32,000 bases of DNA from Streptococcus rubneri. Its GTDB lineage: Bacteria > Bacillota > Bacilli > Lactobacillales > Streptococcaceae. A program made the position numbers and the translations under genes. The stretch covers positions 1,504,753-1,536,752 of the forward strand of contig NZ_SRRP01000001.1 of the NCBI RefSeq assembly GCF_004785935.1, in the 5' to 3' direction. Below the pieces are notes generated by a model that saw only the letters and a list, made by a program, of their open reading frames with translations, made no database searches and had not been told where the DNA came from. Position 1 is the stretch's first letter; every line of letters begins with the position of its first letter. Of the stretch, positions 1-8,398 are shown piece by piece.

Positions 1-1103
1 CTAATGGCTTTGACCCCAAAGTGCAGAGCTTCTTCCTTGGGACTCATCTGAGGATGGTGGAGGGCATAAGGACTGTCCACTCCCAACCAGAACATGACCC
101 CATCCACTTTTGACAAGAGATAACCAAAATCCTCTCCGGTCATCGCGGGCAGGATATCAATCAGAGTCACATCTTCTGCTTGATCAAAGAAGGTCATCAG
201 TTCATCTGCCAAGTCCGGATTGTTTCCCACCGGCAAATAGCCCCCTTGCTTGAGTTCCAAGTCTATATCCATATCAAAAGTCGCTGCAACCCCTCTCGCA
301 ATCGTCTCGAGTCGCTTCTGGGTCAAGAGGTTCATTTCCATGGTCAGAGTCCGAATCGTCCCATGCAGAAAGGCCGTCTCCGCAATGACATTATTGGTCG
401 TTCCCGCATGCATGGAACCGAAGGTTACAACCGCTCCCTCGATAGGATCGACATTTCGGCTGACAATGGTTTGAACCTGGGTGACAAAATAGCTGGCAGC
501 GACTAAGGCATCCTTGGCTTCATGGGGAAAAGCGGCGTGTCCACCTTTTCCTTTAAAGGTCAGCTTCACTTCACAGGTCCCTGCAAAGAGCGTCCCACGA
601 TTGGTCGCAATCTCACCTACCTTTAGGTCTGGACGGACATGGAGACCGTAGAATTGATCAGGCAACCAATCTCCAAAGGCCCCATCCTCACACATGAGCA
701 TGCCTCCAGCTTCATTTTCCTCGGCCGGTTGAAAGAGGAATAAGAGATTGTTCTTCGGTTGTACTTGGACCAGTTGTTCCAACAAGCCCAAGGCCAGCGT
801 CATATGGACATCATGGCCACAGGCATGCATCCGACCTTCGTGGCGGGAGGCAAAGTCAAGACCAGTCTGCTCAACAATGGGCAGTCCATCGATATCCGTC
901 CGCCAGCCAATGGTCTTTTCGGGATTGGATCCCTTCAGAAAAACCAGGATCCCCGTCCGCCAGGTCCGTTGCTCGACGAATTCTTTTCCCTCGGTGATTT
1001 CTGCGATGCGCTCCAAGAGATAGGCTTGTGTTTTAAATTCTTCTAGTCCAATTTCTGGGATTTGATGCAGGTCCCGCCGAATTTTTACTAAATCAAGTGT
1101 CAT
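1..1103 (-). CDS. N-acetyldiaminopimelate deacetylase-like M20 amidohydrolase (C-terminal end cut by left window edge)
   Basis: Absent from the ORF track because it has no in-window stop. My translation of the minus strand from ATG 1103..1101 gives [33 protein letters not shown]...[24 protein letters not shown]...[21 protein letters not shown]...[19 protein letters not shown], open to base 1 (~367 codons). SD GAGGAAG lies ~6 nt upstream. It sits directly after dapH, as expected for the acetyl branch of DAP/lysine synthesis. Confidence 0.8.
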   Translation of the reverse strand, partial: MTLDLVKIRRDLHQIPEIGLEEFKTQAYLLERIAEITEGKEFVEQRTWRTGILVFLKGSNPEKTIGWRTDIDGLPIVEQTGLDFASRHEGRMHACGHDVHMTLALGLLEQLVQVQPKNNLLFLFQPAEENEAGGMLMCEDGAFGDWLPDQFYGLHVRPDLKVGEIATNRGTLFAGTCEVKLTFKGKGGHAAFPHEAKDALVAASYFVTQVQTIVSRNVDPIEGAVVTFGSMHAGTTNNVIAETAFLHGTIRTLTMEMNLLTQKRLETIARGVAATFDMDIDLELKQGGYLPVGNNPDLADELMTFFDQAEDVTLIDILPAMTGEDFGYLLSKVDGVMFWLGVDSPYALHHPQMSPKEEALHFGVKAI

Positions 1104-1166
1104 ATCAGTCTTCCTCTTTTGAGAAGAAGCCGAGGTATCCCCCAGCTTCCTTTTCTTATTCCTCTA

Positions 1167-1865
1167 TTATAGGTTACGCAAGGCATCCTCAAGTGCTGTT
1201 TTTTGTTGCGTCTGTTCGTCAATCGTCTTGATCACGCGCGCAGGCACACCTGCTACCACAACATTTTCAGGCACATCCTGCGTTACAATAGCCCCTGCCG
1301 CTACGACAGAGCCATTGCCAACTTGAACCCCTTCGATGACGACAGCATTGGCACCCACCAAGACATTATCCCCGATACGAACTGGTTCTGCAGAGGCTGG
1401 CTCAATCACACCGGCAAGGACTGCTCCTGCTCCGATATGGCTGTTTTTACCAACCGTTGCACGGCCACCAAGAATAGCTCCCATATCGATCATGGTCCCC
1501 GCACCGATTTCAGCCCCGATATTGATGACCGCTCCCATCATAATCACCGCATTGTCTTCAATGGTCACCTGGTCTCGAATGATCGCACCAGGTTCAATCC
1601 GGGCATTCAAATAGCGCTTGTCTAGCAAAGGCACTGCCGAATTACGCCCATCTTGCTCTATGATATAATCTTTATTTTCTGTTAAGTTGGCAAGAAGGGG
1701 CTCAATCTCTTTCCAGTCTCCAAATAGGATATTGCCTAGTTTTACAACGGATGCTGGAAGATCTCCTGTCAATTCCCCTTCAAAGGTTACTTTTACATTT
1801 GTTTTCTTTTCTGCATTGCCGATAAAGGCGATAATCTCTTGTGCAGTCATTTTTTGTGCAGTCAT
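1167..1865 (-). CDS. dapH: 2,3,4,5-tetrahydropyridine-2,6-dicarboxylate N-acetyltransferase
   Basis: 232-aa ORF with ATG at 1865. N-terminus [30 protein letters not shown] is followed by a left-handed beta-helix hexapeptide-repeat region ([37 protein letters not shown]...[31 protein letters not shown]), typical of Firmicute DapH. The deacetylase gene is immediately downstream. Confidence 0.93.
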   Translation of the reverse strand: MTAQKMTAQEIIAFIGNAEKKTNVKVTFEGELTGDLPASVVKLGNILFGDWKEIEPLLANLTENKDYIIEQDGRNSAVPLLDKRYLNARIEPGAIIRDQVTIEDNAVIMMGAVINIGAEIGAGTMIDMGAILGGRATVGKNSHIGAGAVLAGVIEPASAEPVRIGDNVLVGANAVVIEGVQVGNGSVVAAGAIVTQDVPENVVVAGVPARVIKTIDEQTQQKTALEDALRNL

Positions 1866-1936
1866 GTCAGTACCTCTTGTTCTATGTAGTCAGTCCTCTA
1901 GGAAGATAGGCTCCTTTTAAACTCTTTGATTTTACT

Positions 1937-1945
1937 ATTATAGCA
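1937..1945 (-). promoter_or_regulatory. Candidate extended -10 promoter (TGcTATAAT) for dapH operon
   Basis: The minus strand reads attaTGcTATAATagt ~70 nt upstream of the dapH ATG. There is no good -35 (GAAAGA), which extended -10 promoters tolerate. Confidence 0.4.
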
Positions 1946-2074
1946 TAATTTGTGATATTTCTTTCTCATCCAAAGATTTCATCACAGGGGAGCGTTCTGG
2001 ACCAATAGAGACAAGCAGAGAGGCTAGATTTTTTTGACAACCTCTAAATAGGTAATCTAAGATGATTTCATTGA

Positions 2075-2989
2075 TTATGATTTATCCTCAACACTCCTTA
2101 TACTTTTCAAACGAAATTTTCCCTCAGTTTCATCAAAAGACATGAAGACGTTCATCTTATCCGTTGTAGTATAGACGATTGTAATTCGTTTGACTCCCCC
2201 AATAGCATAATTATTATGCATAAAGTCAGGAGTTCCTAATTCTTTTACAGCTTCTGTCAACTCTAGACCTTCTTCAGACGAAGCTTGCATGGCCTCATAG
2301 TCTTTACTTGTTTTCGTGACTTCTCTCCTATGACTTTTCCTAGTATAATAGGTTACACTACTGAGTTCCATACGATCTTTTTCTTTCTGAAAATTAAGAG
2401 ACAGGTGACCTGTATCCCCGACGAGATCATATTCTAATCCGATTCTCTGGCTACCGTCGGAGCTAGAGGACAGGTGACCAGAGACCGCTTTTCCAATCTG
2501 ATCGACAATCTGCTCTGGCGTTACATTAGGTTCATTCGCTTTTCTCACTAAAGAAATGAAATCCTCTATGGACAGTTCGATTCTATGTTCTTTGTCAATA
2601 TAAGGAGAATCCGCTCCAAAAAATGTAAATTCAGTTTTTACGGATGAATCTGTTGGGACCTTCCCAGTCTTTTTAGTGGTTGAATAGGAATCTCTTTGAT
2701 GGGAAAGGTATTTTACATAGTGGAGAGCCCCACGAAAAAGACACACAATGACGACAAGACCTATCCCAACCTTCAGAAGACCACTGTGACGAGAAAACCA
2801 GGATTCTTTGAACTGGCCTATTTGGGCTGCGTATACTCGATCTGATTTCGAATATTTTTCTTCCTCAAATTGATCTTTGGATTCAAATACCTCTCCTTGT
2901 GGTTGACCTTCTGAAAACACCTCCGGTACTTTTTTATTCCCCCCTGGCACTTTTGACCACTCTCGTTGAATTTTTCTACCTTTTCTCAT
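2075..2989 (-). CDS. Hypothetical single-pass membrane protein, paralogue D (4th gene of four-paralogue operon)
   Basis: 304-aa ORF with ATG at 2989. N-terminal motif GRKIQREWSKVPGGN, ~70-aa tail, one hydrophobic helix (LLKVGIGLVVIVCLFRGALHYV), then two tandem modules opening VTPEQIVDQIGKAVSG... and LELTEAVKELGTPDF.... It aligns along its whole length with the product of 3060..3971. No catalytic motif recognised. Confidence 0.8.
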   Translation of the reverse strand: MRKGRKIQREWSKVPGGNKKVPEVFSEGQPQGEVFESKDQFEEEKYSKSDRVYAAQIGQFKESWFSRHSGLLKVGIGLVVIVCLFRGALHYVKYLSHQRDSYSTTKKTGKVPTDSSVKTEFTFFGADSPYIDKEHRIELSIEDFISLVRKANEPNVTPEQIVDQIGKAVSGHLSSSSDGSQRIGLEYDLVGDTGHLSLNFQKEKDRMELSSVTYYTRKSHRREVTKTSKDYEAMQASSEEGLELTEAVKELGTPDFMHNNYAIGGVKRITIVYTTTDKMNVFMSFDETEGKFRLKSIRSVEDKS

Positions 2990-3059
2990 TTCACTCTCTC
3001 TTATTCTCGTTTCTCAGGATGTAAAAAAATCTGAGCGAGACTCCTCCTTCTCCCCTTAG

Positions 3060-3971
3060 TTATTCTTCTTTATCCTCTATTTTCGTCATATTTCCCAAAC
3101 GGAAAACCTCTCCATCTTGATCAAAATACAAGGTGACTCGCATCTCATCACTTGCTTTATAGGAGATGGCAATTTGAGCCTCCGTCCCAGGTAAAAAACT
3201 AGAATAGAGCCAATTTGGTACTCCCAATTCTTTTATAGCTTCCATCAACTCCATCCCCTCTTGTCCTGGCTGAGGAATAAGAGCACTATACTCATCACTG
3301 GTTTTTGTAGTTGGTTTTCTCTGACTTTCTAGGGTAAAATACTGAATCGAATGTAGAAGGAGGCGATTCTCCTTTTCACTAAAATTAAAGTCCACTACTG
3401 CTCTATTATCGGTAAGGATATACGTCAATATACTTCCTCGACTACCATCAGGGTCTATACTCACATATCCATCTTTTGCTTTTCCTAATTGCTTGACAAT
3501 ATCATCCATAGTAAGGTTAGCATCATTAATTTTTCTAATGTAAGCGACAACCTCCTCTATATCGATATCAATTTTATGATTTCGGTCTTTATAGGGGGAG
3601 TTTTCGTTAAAAAGGTTTTTAAACTCCTTATCTGATAAACGAGTCTCTGTTCCCTTGCTTAATTTTACAGAGTGAGAATCATTCATAGGTGATTTTACAT
3701 ATCGAGTAACTAGGTTAAAAAGGAACAAGAGGATGAGACCTCCTATCGCTAGCTTGAATAAAGTAGCAAAACGAGCTAAGTAGGACTTCTTAAGCACACT
3801 TTTTTGAAGATTCTCTCCACCATTTCGAGTCCCTGTTCTTGCTTCTTTTACCCTGCTTGGTAGTTCCGTCCTATCACTCTGAAGATCACTTTTTGGAGAG
3901 ACCTCTGAAGAGCTGTTATTTCCACCTGGGACTTTTGACCATTCTCGTTGAACTTTTCTTCCTTTTCCCAT
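3060..3971 (-). CDS. Hypothetical single-pass membrane protein, paralogue C
   Basis: The ORF-track start at 3986 is TTG. I prefer ATG 3971 (MGKGRKVQREWSKVPGGN...), preceded by GGGAGGAG 5-6 nt upstream, giving 303 aa. TM helix FATLFKLAIGGLILLFLFNLV. Modules LTMDDIVKQLGKAKDG... and MELMEAIKELGVPNW.... It starts 18 nt after the stop of the upstream gene. Confidence 0.8.
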   Translation of the reverse strand: MGKGRKVQREWSKVPGGNNSSSEVSPKSDLQSDRTELPSRVKEARTGTRNGGENLQKSVLKKSYLARFATLFKLAIGGLILLFLFNLVTRYVKSPMNDSHSVKLSKGTETRLSDKEFKNLFNENSPYKDRNHKIDIDIEEVVAYIRKINDANLTMDDIVKQLGKAKDGYVSIDPDGSRGSILTYILTDNRAVVDFNFSEKENRLLLHSIQYFTLESQRKPTTKTSDEYSALIPQPGQEGMELMEAIKELGVPNWLYSSFLPGTEAQIAISYKASDEMRVTLYFDQDGEVFRLGNMTKIEDKEE

Positions 3972-3989
3972 TTCTTCTCCTCCCAAACA

Positions 3990-4739
3990 TTAACCTAAAC
4001 GGCTAGCTGGTGCCACGCCGACTTGGCCTTTTCTCAACAAAACATACGATCCGTCAACTTTTTCAATTTCTAACACATATTCTTGAGCCTTTTCGTCCCG
4101 ATAGACTAGGTGGAAACCCGCTTGGTCGGTCTCAACCTGACGCAAGATAAGAGTCTGAAGACCTTTATAGGACTGGAGGAGCTTGGCAAGATCCATCTCT
4201 TCTCCTACTTCAATCCCATTAAATACTTTTTCAGAAAAGACCTCTTGCTTCTCCTTTTTGGTTAGGGCTTGGCTGGCATCCACTTCAGAGAGTAGATAGC
4301 TACCATCCCTTCCTTTGGTAAACAACAAACGAAGAGCACAAGGAGCACCATCTGTCTCTCGACGATAAAGTAAGGACAGAGTGGTTTTTGGATCAGTATT
4401 AGACTGCATCAGGATCTTTTCCTGGGGATGTCCCATCTTCATTAAGATGGTCTCTAAGCAATTTCCGACTTGTTTCACCTTACCATTGCGATCCCGAAGG
4501 AGAATTTCTAGGTCAGTTAGCTGATCCAAGGTCCAAGATTTCGTTTTCTTAGTCGATGTTCCTTGTAAGAAACGATCTCCTTGAAACTCTTTTACCTGAA
4601 AAGCCGATAAACGATTGATTTCAGCCTGCTCTTTGGGACTCCCCTGATCATGGGTCAGAACCTGGAGGCCCCACCCCATGAAAAGAGATGCGAGCAAGAG
4701 AATGACCACTTTTATGTATTTTATGTTCTTATCTATCAT
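3990..4739 (-). CDS. Hypothetical signal-anchored membrane protein, paralogue B
   Basis: 249-aa ORF with ATG at 4739, 9 nt after the upstream TAG, with GAGG 6 nt upstream. N-terminal hydrophobic anchor IKVVILLLASLFMGWGLQVL. Two modules (NCLETILMKMGHPQEK...; MDLAKLLQSYKGLQT...). Its similarity to paralogues C and D is remote and architectural. Confidence 0.75.
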   Translation of the reverse strand: MIDKNIKYIKVVILLLASLFMGWGLQVLTHDQGSPKEQAEINRLSAFQVKEFQGDRFLQGTSTKKTKSWTLDQLTDLEILLRDRNGKVKQVGNCLETILMKMGHPQEKILMQSNTDPKTTLSLLYRRETDGAPCALRLLFTKGRDGSYLLSEVDASQALTKKEKQEVFSEKVFNGIEVGEEMDLAKLLQSYKGLQTLILRQVETDQAGFHLVYRDEKAQEYVLEIEKVDGSYVLLRKGQVGVAPASRLG

Positions 4740-4748
4740 CCCTAACCT

Positions 4749-5486
4749 CTATCCCATTTTACTGAGCTGATACGCCTTGTTTGCTTGTGCCTGTAAGGTA
4801 AGAAAGACCATTCCATCTTGGGTCCGATAGGTCAGCGTCAAAAAAGTCTTTCCTTCCTTTCTATTGAGGCCTAGTGATTGTGGCAATCCGACTTGCTTCA
4901 AAATTTCTTCTAGTCCGGTTCCAGTTTTTTGATTCTCTTTCCCAACTGTAAAACTACCAAAAGCCGTTTTTTTCAGTGGATGCATCTGTGAATAATTCGT
5001 CGATACTGGTTGATAAGCCTGTAAGGCTGTGAGGAGATAAGTTCCATTAATGGAGGTAAATTCAAATTGGTATTGGTCGCGCCCATCCACTGTCGTCCCA
5101 TAAGTCAAACGAAGGATTTGAGAAATAGGTGTTGTTTCAAGACGTGCTTGCTTAGCCCAGCCTAGCATCTTAACCAGTTCATTCGGTGTCATCCCCTTCT
5201 CTGCTTTTTCAAGGGGCATCTCCACAAGCTTCAGAAATAAAATTTCTTCTAATTGGACCTCCATTTCTGGAGTAGCATCCGTAGCGACTAGGTCTCTCAG
5301 CTGTTTTTCTTCACTGGCAAAGCTAACTTGTTGGTCTGCTTTCAAGCAGTTCTCTTTCCTTCCCAGACCAGCCAGGACATATCCCAAAATAACAAACCCA
5401 AGAAGGAGGATATAAAACCCCCGCTTCCCTGTAAGAGCCCCTACTTTTTCCCAAGCAACTCTTAGTTTTTCGATTGTTTTATCCAT
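4749..5486 (-). CDS. Hypothetical single-pass membrane protein, paralogue A (first gene of operon)
   Basis: 245-aa ORF with ATG at 5486, the only possible in-frame start (TAG four codons upstream). TM helix FYILLLGFVILGYVLAGLG after a 22-aa tail. Two modules (GMTPNELVKMLGWAKQ...; TGLEEILKQVGLPQS...). Confidence 0.75.
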   Translation of the reverse strand: MDKTIEKLRVAWEKVGALTGKRGFYILLLGFVILGYVLAGLGRKENCLKADQQVSFASEEKQLRDLVATDATPEMEVQLEEILFLKLVEMPLEKAEKGMTPNELVKMLGWAKQARLETTPISQILRLTYGTTVDGRDQYQFEFTSINGTYLLTALQAYQPVSTNYSQMHPLKKTAFGSFTVGKENQKTGTGLEEILKQVGLPQSLGLNRKEGKTFLTLTYRTQDGMVFLTLQAQANKAYQLSKMG

Positions 5487-5548
5487 TCCTCTTACCTAGA
5501 GACTGTACTCCCTCTTCTTACCTCTCTATTCATAGTAGATCTCTCCTT

Positions 5549-5557
5549 ACTATACCA
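5549..5557 (-). promoter_or_regulatory. Candidate extended -10 promoter (TGgTATAGT) for the four-paralogue operon
   Basis: The minus strand reads atttaTGgTATAGTaagg, located between the pgi terminator and the ATG at 5486. The -35 is poor. Confidence 0.35.
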
Positions 5558-5605
5558 TAAATCATTAAGGGTCGCCACCTCCTCCTCTTTTAAGATCTTG
5601 GTAAA

Positions 5606-5637
5606 CAAAAAAACGACCTCTTGTGAGATCGTTTTTT
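5606..5637 (-). terminator. Rho-independent terminator of pgi
   Basis: The minus strand reads ACGATCTC-acaa-GAGGTCGT followed by TTTTTTT, 8 nt after the pgi stop. An A-run on the other side makes it look bidirectional. Confidence 0.8.
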
Positions 5638-5644
5638 CTATTGA

Positions 5645-6994
5645 TTAAAGGCGAGCGTTGAGTTCTTTGCTCAATTCTTCAAATCCTGGTTTACCAAGGA
5701 GGGCGAACATGTTACGTTTGTATGCTTCAACACCTGGTTGGTCAAATGGGTTGATGGCATTCAAGTAACCTGAAAGGGCGATGGCCAATTCGAAGAAGTA
5801 GATGGTGTAACCAAGAGTGAAGGCATCTTGCTCAGGAAGAGTCACGTACATGTTTGGCACGTCACCGTCTGTGTGGGCAAGAAGAACACCGTCAGTCGCT
5901 TTTTTATTAACGAAGTCAACGTCTTTTCCTTGAAGATATCCAAGTCCGTCAAGGTCCTCTTCCAAAGTAGGGATGATCACATTCTTACGTGGTTTGTCAA
6001 CACGTACAACTGTTTCAAACATGATACGAGTTCCTTCTTGGATAAATTGACCCAATGAATGCAAGTCTGTTGAGAAGTTAGCTGAAGTTGGGTAGATCCC
6101 TTTTTGGTCTTTCCCTTCTGACTCACCAGCCAATTGTTTCCACCATTCTGAGAAGTATTGAAGGGATGGCTCGTAGTTTACCAAGATTTCAGTTGCATAC
6201 CCTTTACGGTAAAGAATGTTACGAACTGCTGCATATTGGTAAGCTTCATTTTCAGCAATCTTATCTGAAGTGTAGTCTTTGCGAGCTGCATTAGCACCTT
6301 CCATAAGGGCTTTGATGTCTGCACCTGATGCAGCGATTGGAAGCAATCCAACTGCGGTCAACACTGAGAAACGTCCACCAATGTCATCTGGAACCACAAA
6401 TGTTTCCCAACCGTTAGCATCTGCTTCAACCTTAACAGCACCTTTTTGGCGGTCAGTAGTTGCGTAGATCCGTTTGTTAGCTTCTTCTTGTCCGTATTTC
6501 TTCACCAAAAGTTCTTTGAAGACACGGAAAGCGATAGCTGGTTCAGTTGTTGTACCTGATTTAGAAATCACGTTTACTGAGAAGTCTTTATCTGCAACGT
6601 ACTCTACCAAGTCAGCAAGGTAAGTAGATGAGATGGAGTTCCCAGCGTAAAGGATTTGTGGTGCTTTGCGTTCTTCTTTTGTTTGCAAGTTTGCAAAGTG
6701 GTGGTTCAAGAAGTCAATGGCAGCTTTCGCTCCAAGGTATGATCCACCGATACCGATCACGACCAAAACATCGCTGTCTGCTTTGATTTGTTCAGCAGCT
6801 TTCAAGATGCGGTCAAATTCTTCGCGGTCGTAGTTTTCAGGAAGGTCCAACCAACCCAAGAAGTCGCTACCAGCACCAGTTCCTTTACGGATCAATTCAT
6901 CTGCTGCTGTTACTTGTGCTTGCATGTATTCCACTTCATGCGGGGCAACAAATTTGTCTAATACTTTTGAATAATCAAATTTAATATGTGACAT
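5645..6994 (-). CDS. pgi: Glucose-6-phosphate isomerase
   Basis: 449-aa ORF with ATG at 6994 and GGAGGA SD. Hallmark PGI segments are [29 protein letters not shown] and [14 protein letters not shown]. The length is typical of Gram-positive Pgi. Confidence 0.95.
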   Translation of the reverse strand: MSHIKFDYSKVLDKFVAPHEVEYMQAQVTAADELIRKGTGAGSDFLGWLDLPENYDREEFDRILKAAEQIKADSDVLVVIGIGGSYLGAKAAIDFLNHHFANLQTKEERKAPQILYAGNSISSTYLADLVEYVADKDFSVNVISKSGTTTEPAIAFRVFKELLVKKYGQEEANKRIYATTDRQKGAVKVEADANGWETFVVPDDIGGRFSVLTAVGLLPIAASGADIKALMEGANAARKDYTSDKIAENEAYQYAAVRNILYRKGYATEILVNYEPSLQYFSEWWKQLAGESEGKDQKGIYPTSANFSTDLHSLGQFIQEGTRIMFETVVRVDKPRKNVIIPTLEEDLDGLGYLQGKDVDFVNKKATDGVLLAHTDGDVPNMYVTLPEQDAFTLGYTIYFFELAIALSGYLNAINPFDQPGVEAYKRNMFALLGKPGFEELSKELNARL

Positions 6995-7022
6995 AGTATT
7001 CCTCCAATATTTCTTCTCCTCT

Positions 7023-7051
7023 ATGATATCGCTTTACAGGGATTTAATCAA
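7023..7051 (-). promoter_or_regulatory. Candidate sigma-A promoter of pgi (TTGATT-17-TATCAT)
   Basis: On the minus strand, TTGATT (7051..7046), a 17-nt spacer, then TATCAT (7028..7023), ~30 nt upstream of the ATG. Confidence 0.45.
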
Positions 7052-7063
7052 GGGAAACCGTCT

Positions 7064-7078
7064 TGTAAAACGTTTTCA
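7064..7078. promoter_or_regulatory. cre-like (CcpA) palindrome upstream of pgi promoter
   Basis: TGTAAAACGTTTTCA matches the cre consensus TGWAANCGNTNWCA at 12 of 14 positions on either strand. It lies just upstream of the putative -35. Confidence 0.3.
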
Positions 7079-7162
7079 TTTGCTAATTTTTTTATTTTCA
7101 TAAATCAAGCAACGACGCAATAGCAATCGTTTGCATATACAGATTTATTTTAAGCGGAACAG

Positions 7163-7191
7163 ACAAAAAAAGAAGCTTCTTCCGAAGCTCC
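7163..7191 (-). terminator. Rho-independent terminator ending minus-strand readthrough from tadA/SRP RNA/BOX-like region
   Basis: The minus strand reads GGAGCTTC-ggaa-GAAGCTTC followed by TTTTTTT (an A7 run at 7165-7171 on the plus strand). Confidence 0.6.
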
Positions 7192-7199
7192 ATTTTCAC

Positions 7200-7610
7200 G
7201 CTATTATTCTTTGAAACCGCTAATGAATTTCAGTTAAGCAGTTTAAAACAGTAGCTGTTTGCTCAAAGCATTTCTTTGAGGTAGCGGATAAGACTTGCAG
7301 GCTTGTTTCGTTAAGGTACTTTATCGGCGACTAATCGTTCATCCCCAAATAAATTTTAGTTAAGCAATTTAACGCAGTAGCTGATTTGTTTCTTCTTTCG
7401 CTTTTTAAGCTCAGAAGAAAACATAATCAGCTTTGCGGGGATGGAACTACGAACAAACGTTCTGTTTCACTCCCATCCATTGCTCTAGGATTCGTCTACA
7501 TCCCTTGAACTTGACTCTATAGATATTTCGGAACGTAGTTCTCGCTTTGCTCGAACTGCGTCAATGTACCTAAGTTCATCCGCGTCCGTTGGACTTGATT
7601 CACTAAGGTA
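7200..7610. repeat. BOX-like composite intergenic repeat (highly structured, non-coding)
   Basis: No credible ORF. Internal direct repeat cagttaagcagtttaaaacagtagctg (7231-7257) vs tagttaagcaatttaacgcagtagctg (7357-7383). Hairpins CTCAAAG-cattt-CTTTGAG (7262-7280) and AGCTGATT...AATCAGCT with inner TTTCTTC/GAAGAAA (7379-7431). The segment gctcaaagcatttctttgaggtagcggataagact resembles pneumococcal boxB as I remember it. Two sub-modules recur at 12085-12113 and 12211-12229. Confidence 0.6.
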
Positions 7611-7611
7611 C

Positions 7612-7698
7612 ATAGAAAAAGAGCACACAGTTCACTTCGCTTAGGGCTGCTGGATTCCTCCCCTGACCCGCTTCACGCAGAACTGTTGCTCCGATAGG
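7612..7698 (-). ncRNA. ffs: Small (4.5S-type) signal recognition particle RNA
   Basis: The minus strand reads ...CGGAGCAACAGUUCUGCGUGAAGCGGGUCAGGGGAGGAAUCCAGCAGCCCUAAGCGAAGUGAACUGUGUGCUCUUUUU. The closing helix is GGAGCAACAGUUC/GAACUGUGUGCUC. The conserved domain IV core GUCAGG..GGAA..CAGCAGCC is comparable to E. coli GGUCAGGUCCGGAAGGAAGCAGCC. It lies just downstream of tadA, as scr does in B. subtilis. The ends are approximate. Confidence 0.85.
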
Positions 7699-7699
7699 T

Positions 7700-7727
7700 A
7701 TTATATCATAATTTAGTCGATTTGCAA
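7700..7727 (-). promoter_or_regulatory. Sigma-A promoter of SRP RNA (TTGCAA-16-TATAAT)
   Basis: On the minus strand, TTGCAA (7727..7722), a 16-nt spacer, then TATAAT (7705..7700), ending ~7 nt before the first helix of the RNA. Confidence 0.65.
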
Positions 7728-7738
7728 AGGACTGGTTT

Positions 7739-8251
7739 TTATTCTTGTGTTTCAGTCTTGGCTGCGAGCTTAGCTTGTTTTTTTCGTTCCCGCCCTTGGC
7801 GGAAAAAGGTCTGCATAATGGCTGCACATTCTGTTTCCAAGATTCCTGTTTCTACTTCGACTCGGTGATTGAGACGTTCATCTGTCAAAATGTCGTAGAG
7901 ACTCCCTGCTCCACCGAACTTCTGATTGGTCGCACCATAAATCACCTGGGGAATTCGAGCCAGTCCAATGGCGCCACTGCACATGACACAGGGTTCAATG
8001 GTCACAAAAAGAGTCGTATCCAGCAATCTCCAACTCTCTTCCTGCTGATTAGCTTCTTCGATCGCCATCACCTCTGCATGCATGATGGCCCGCTGCAATT
8101 CTTCTCGCGCGTTGTGGCCACGTCCAATGATCTCGCCGTCTTTGACAATGACACAGCCAATAGGAATTTCCTCATGGGCCAAGGCGATTTCTGCCTCTTT
8201 CAGTGCCTCCCGCATAAAGGATTCTTTCTCCTCAATCGTGTAGTCTCTCAC
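7739..8251 (-). CDS. tadA: tRNA-specific adenosine-34 deaminase
   Basis: CDA-fold zinc motifs are MHAEVMAIEEA (H-A-E) and TIEPCVMCSGAI (PCxxC). The ORF-track start at 8305 is TTG. ATG 8275 has no SD. I prefer GTG 8251, preceded by GAGGAGACAGG, which gives M/V-RDYTIEEKESFMREAL.... The start remains uncertain (8251, 8275 or 8305). Confidence 0.9.
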   Translation of the reverse strand: MRDYTIEEKESFMREALKEAEIALAHEEIPIGCVIVKDGEIIGRGHNAREELQRAIMHAEVMAIEEANQQEESWRLLDTTLFVTIEPCVMCSGAIGLARIPQVIYGATNQKFGGAGSLYDILTDERLNHRVEVETGILETECAAIMQTFFRQGRERKKQAKLAAKTETQE

Positions 8252-8303
8252 CCTGTCTCCTCTCAATCTCCTCATTTCTAGTTCTATTATATGATGAAGA
8301 CAC

Positions 8304-8392
8304 AAAAAAAGCCACCTATGGGTGACTTCTTATAGGGAGGTATTATGAAAAAAAGTTTGGATTCTAAACAAAGTTAGGAGGTATTTGTTTAT
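8304..8392 (-). ncRNA. ccnC: cia-dependent small RNA (csRNA, ccn family); the purA-tadA position matches pneumococcal ccnC as far as I recall
   Basis: The minus-strand transcript is predicted as ..AUAAACAAAUACCUCCUAACUUUGUUUAGAAUCCAAACUUUUUUUCAUAAUACCUCCCUAUAAGAAGUCACCCAUAGGUGGCUUUUUUU. The 5' stem-loop AAACAAA/UUUGUUU carries CCUCC in its loop. A single-stranded UCAUAAUACCUCCC is complementary to SD plus AUG. The terminator is GUCACC-caua-GGUGGC plus U7. It is driven by a CiaR box (next feature). The 5' end is inferred from the -10 position. Confidence 0.8.
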
Positions 8393-8398
8393 GATCCT

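Noticed and set aside
1104-1166. Hairpin GAAGCTG-ggggatacct-CGGCTTC between dapH and the deacetylase gene.
   Set aside because: The stem is short with a 10-nt loop and no U-tract. It is most simply an intercistronic structure within one operon and is not distinctive enough to call.
5492-5533. 13-codon upstream ORF (MNREVRRGSTVSR*) with AAGGAG 9 nt upstream, ending 5 nt before the paralogue-A start. It could be a leader peptide or a translational-coupling element.
   Set aside because: Its SD directly abuts the only plausible -10 box (5549-5554), so it would not be on the transcript if that promoter is used. There is no conservation evidence and it is very short. It is worth re-examining only if TSS data place the start further upstream.
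7603-7827. 74-aa minus-strand ORF.
   Set aside because: It spans the tadA stop region, the SRP RNA promoter and the SRP RNA itself. The region is explained by the RNA gene.
7745-8281. 178-aa plus-strand ORF.
   Set aside because: It is fully antisense to tadA, which has unambiguous deaminase motifs. It has no SD and a Cys/Phe-rich nonsense composition.
8330-8396. Two plus-strand mini-ORFs with very strong SD sequences: GGGAGGTATT-ATG (MKKSLDSKQS*) and AGGAGGTATTTGTTT-ATG (MILV*).
   Set aside because: They are the mirror image of the anti-SD/anti-AUG motifs of the minus-strand csRNA, which has its own CiaR-box promoter and terminator. There is no plus-strand promoter, and the peptides are 4 and 10 aa.
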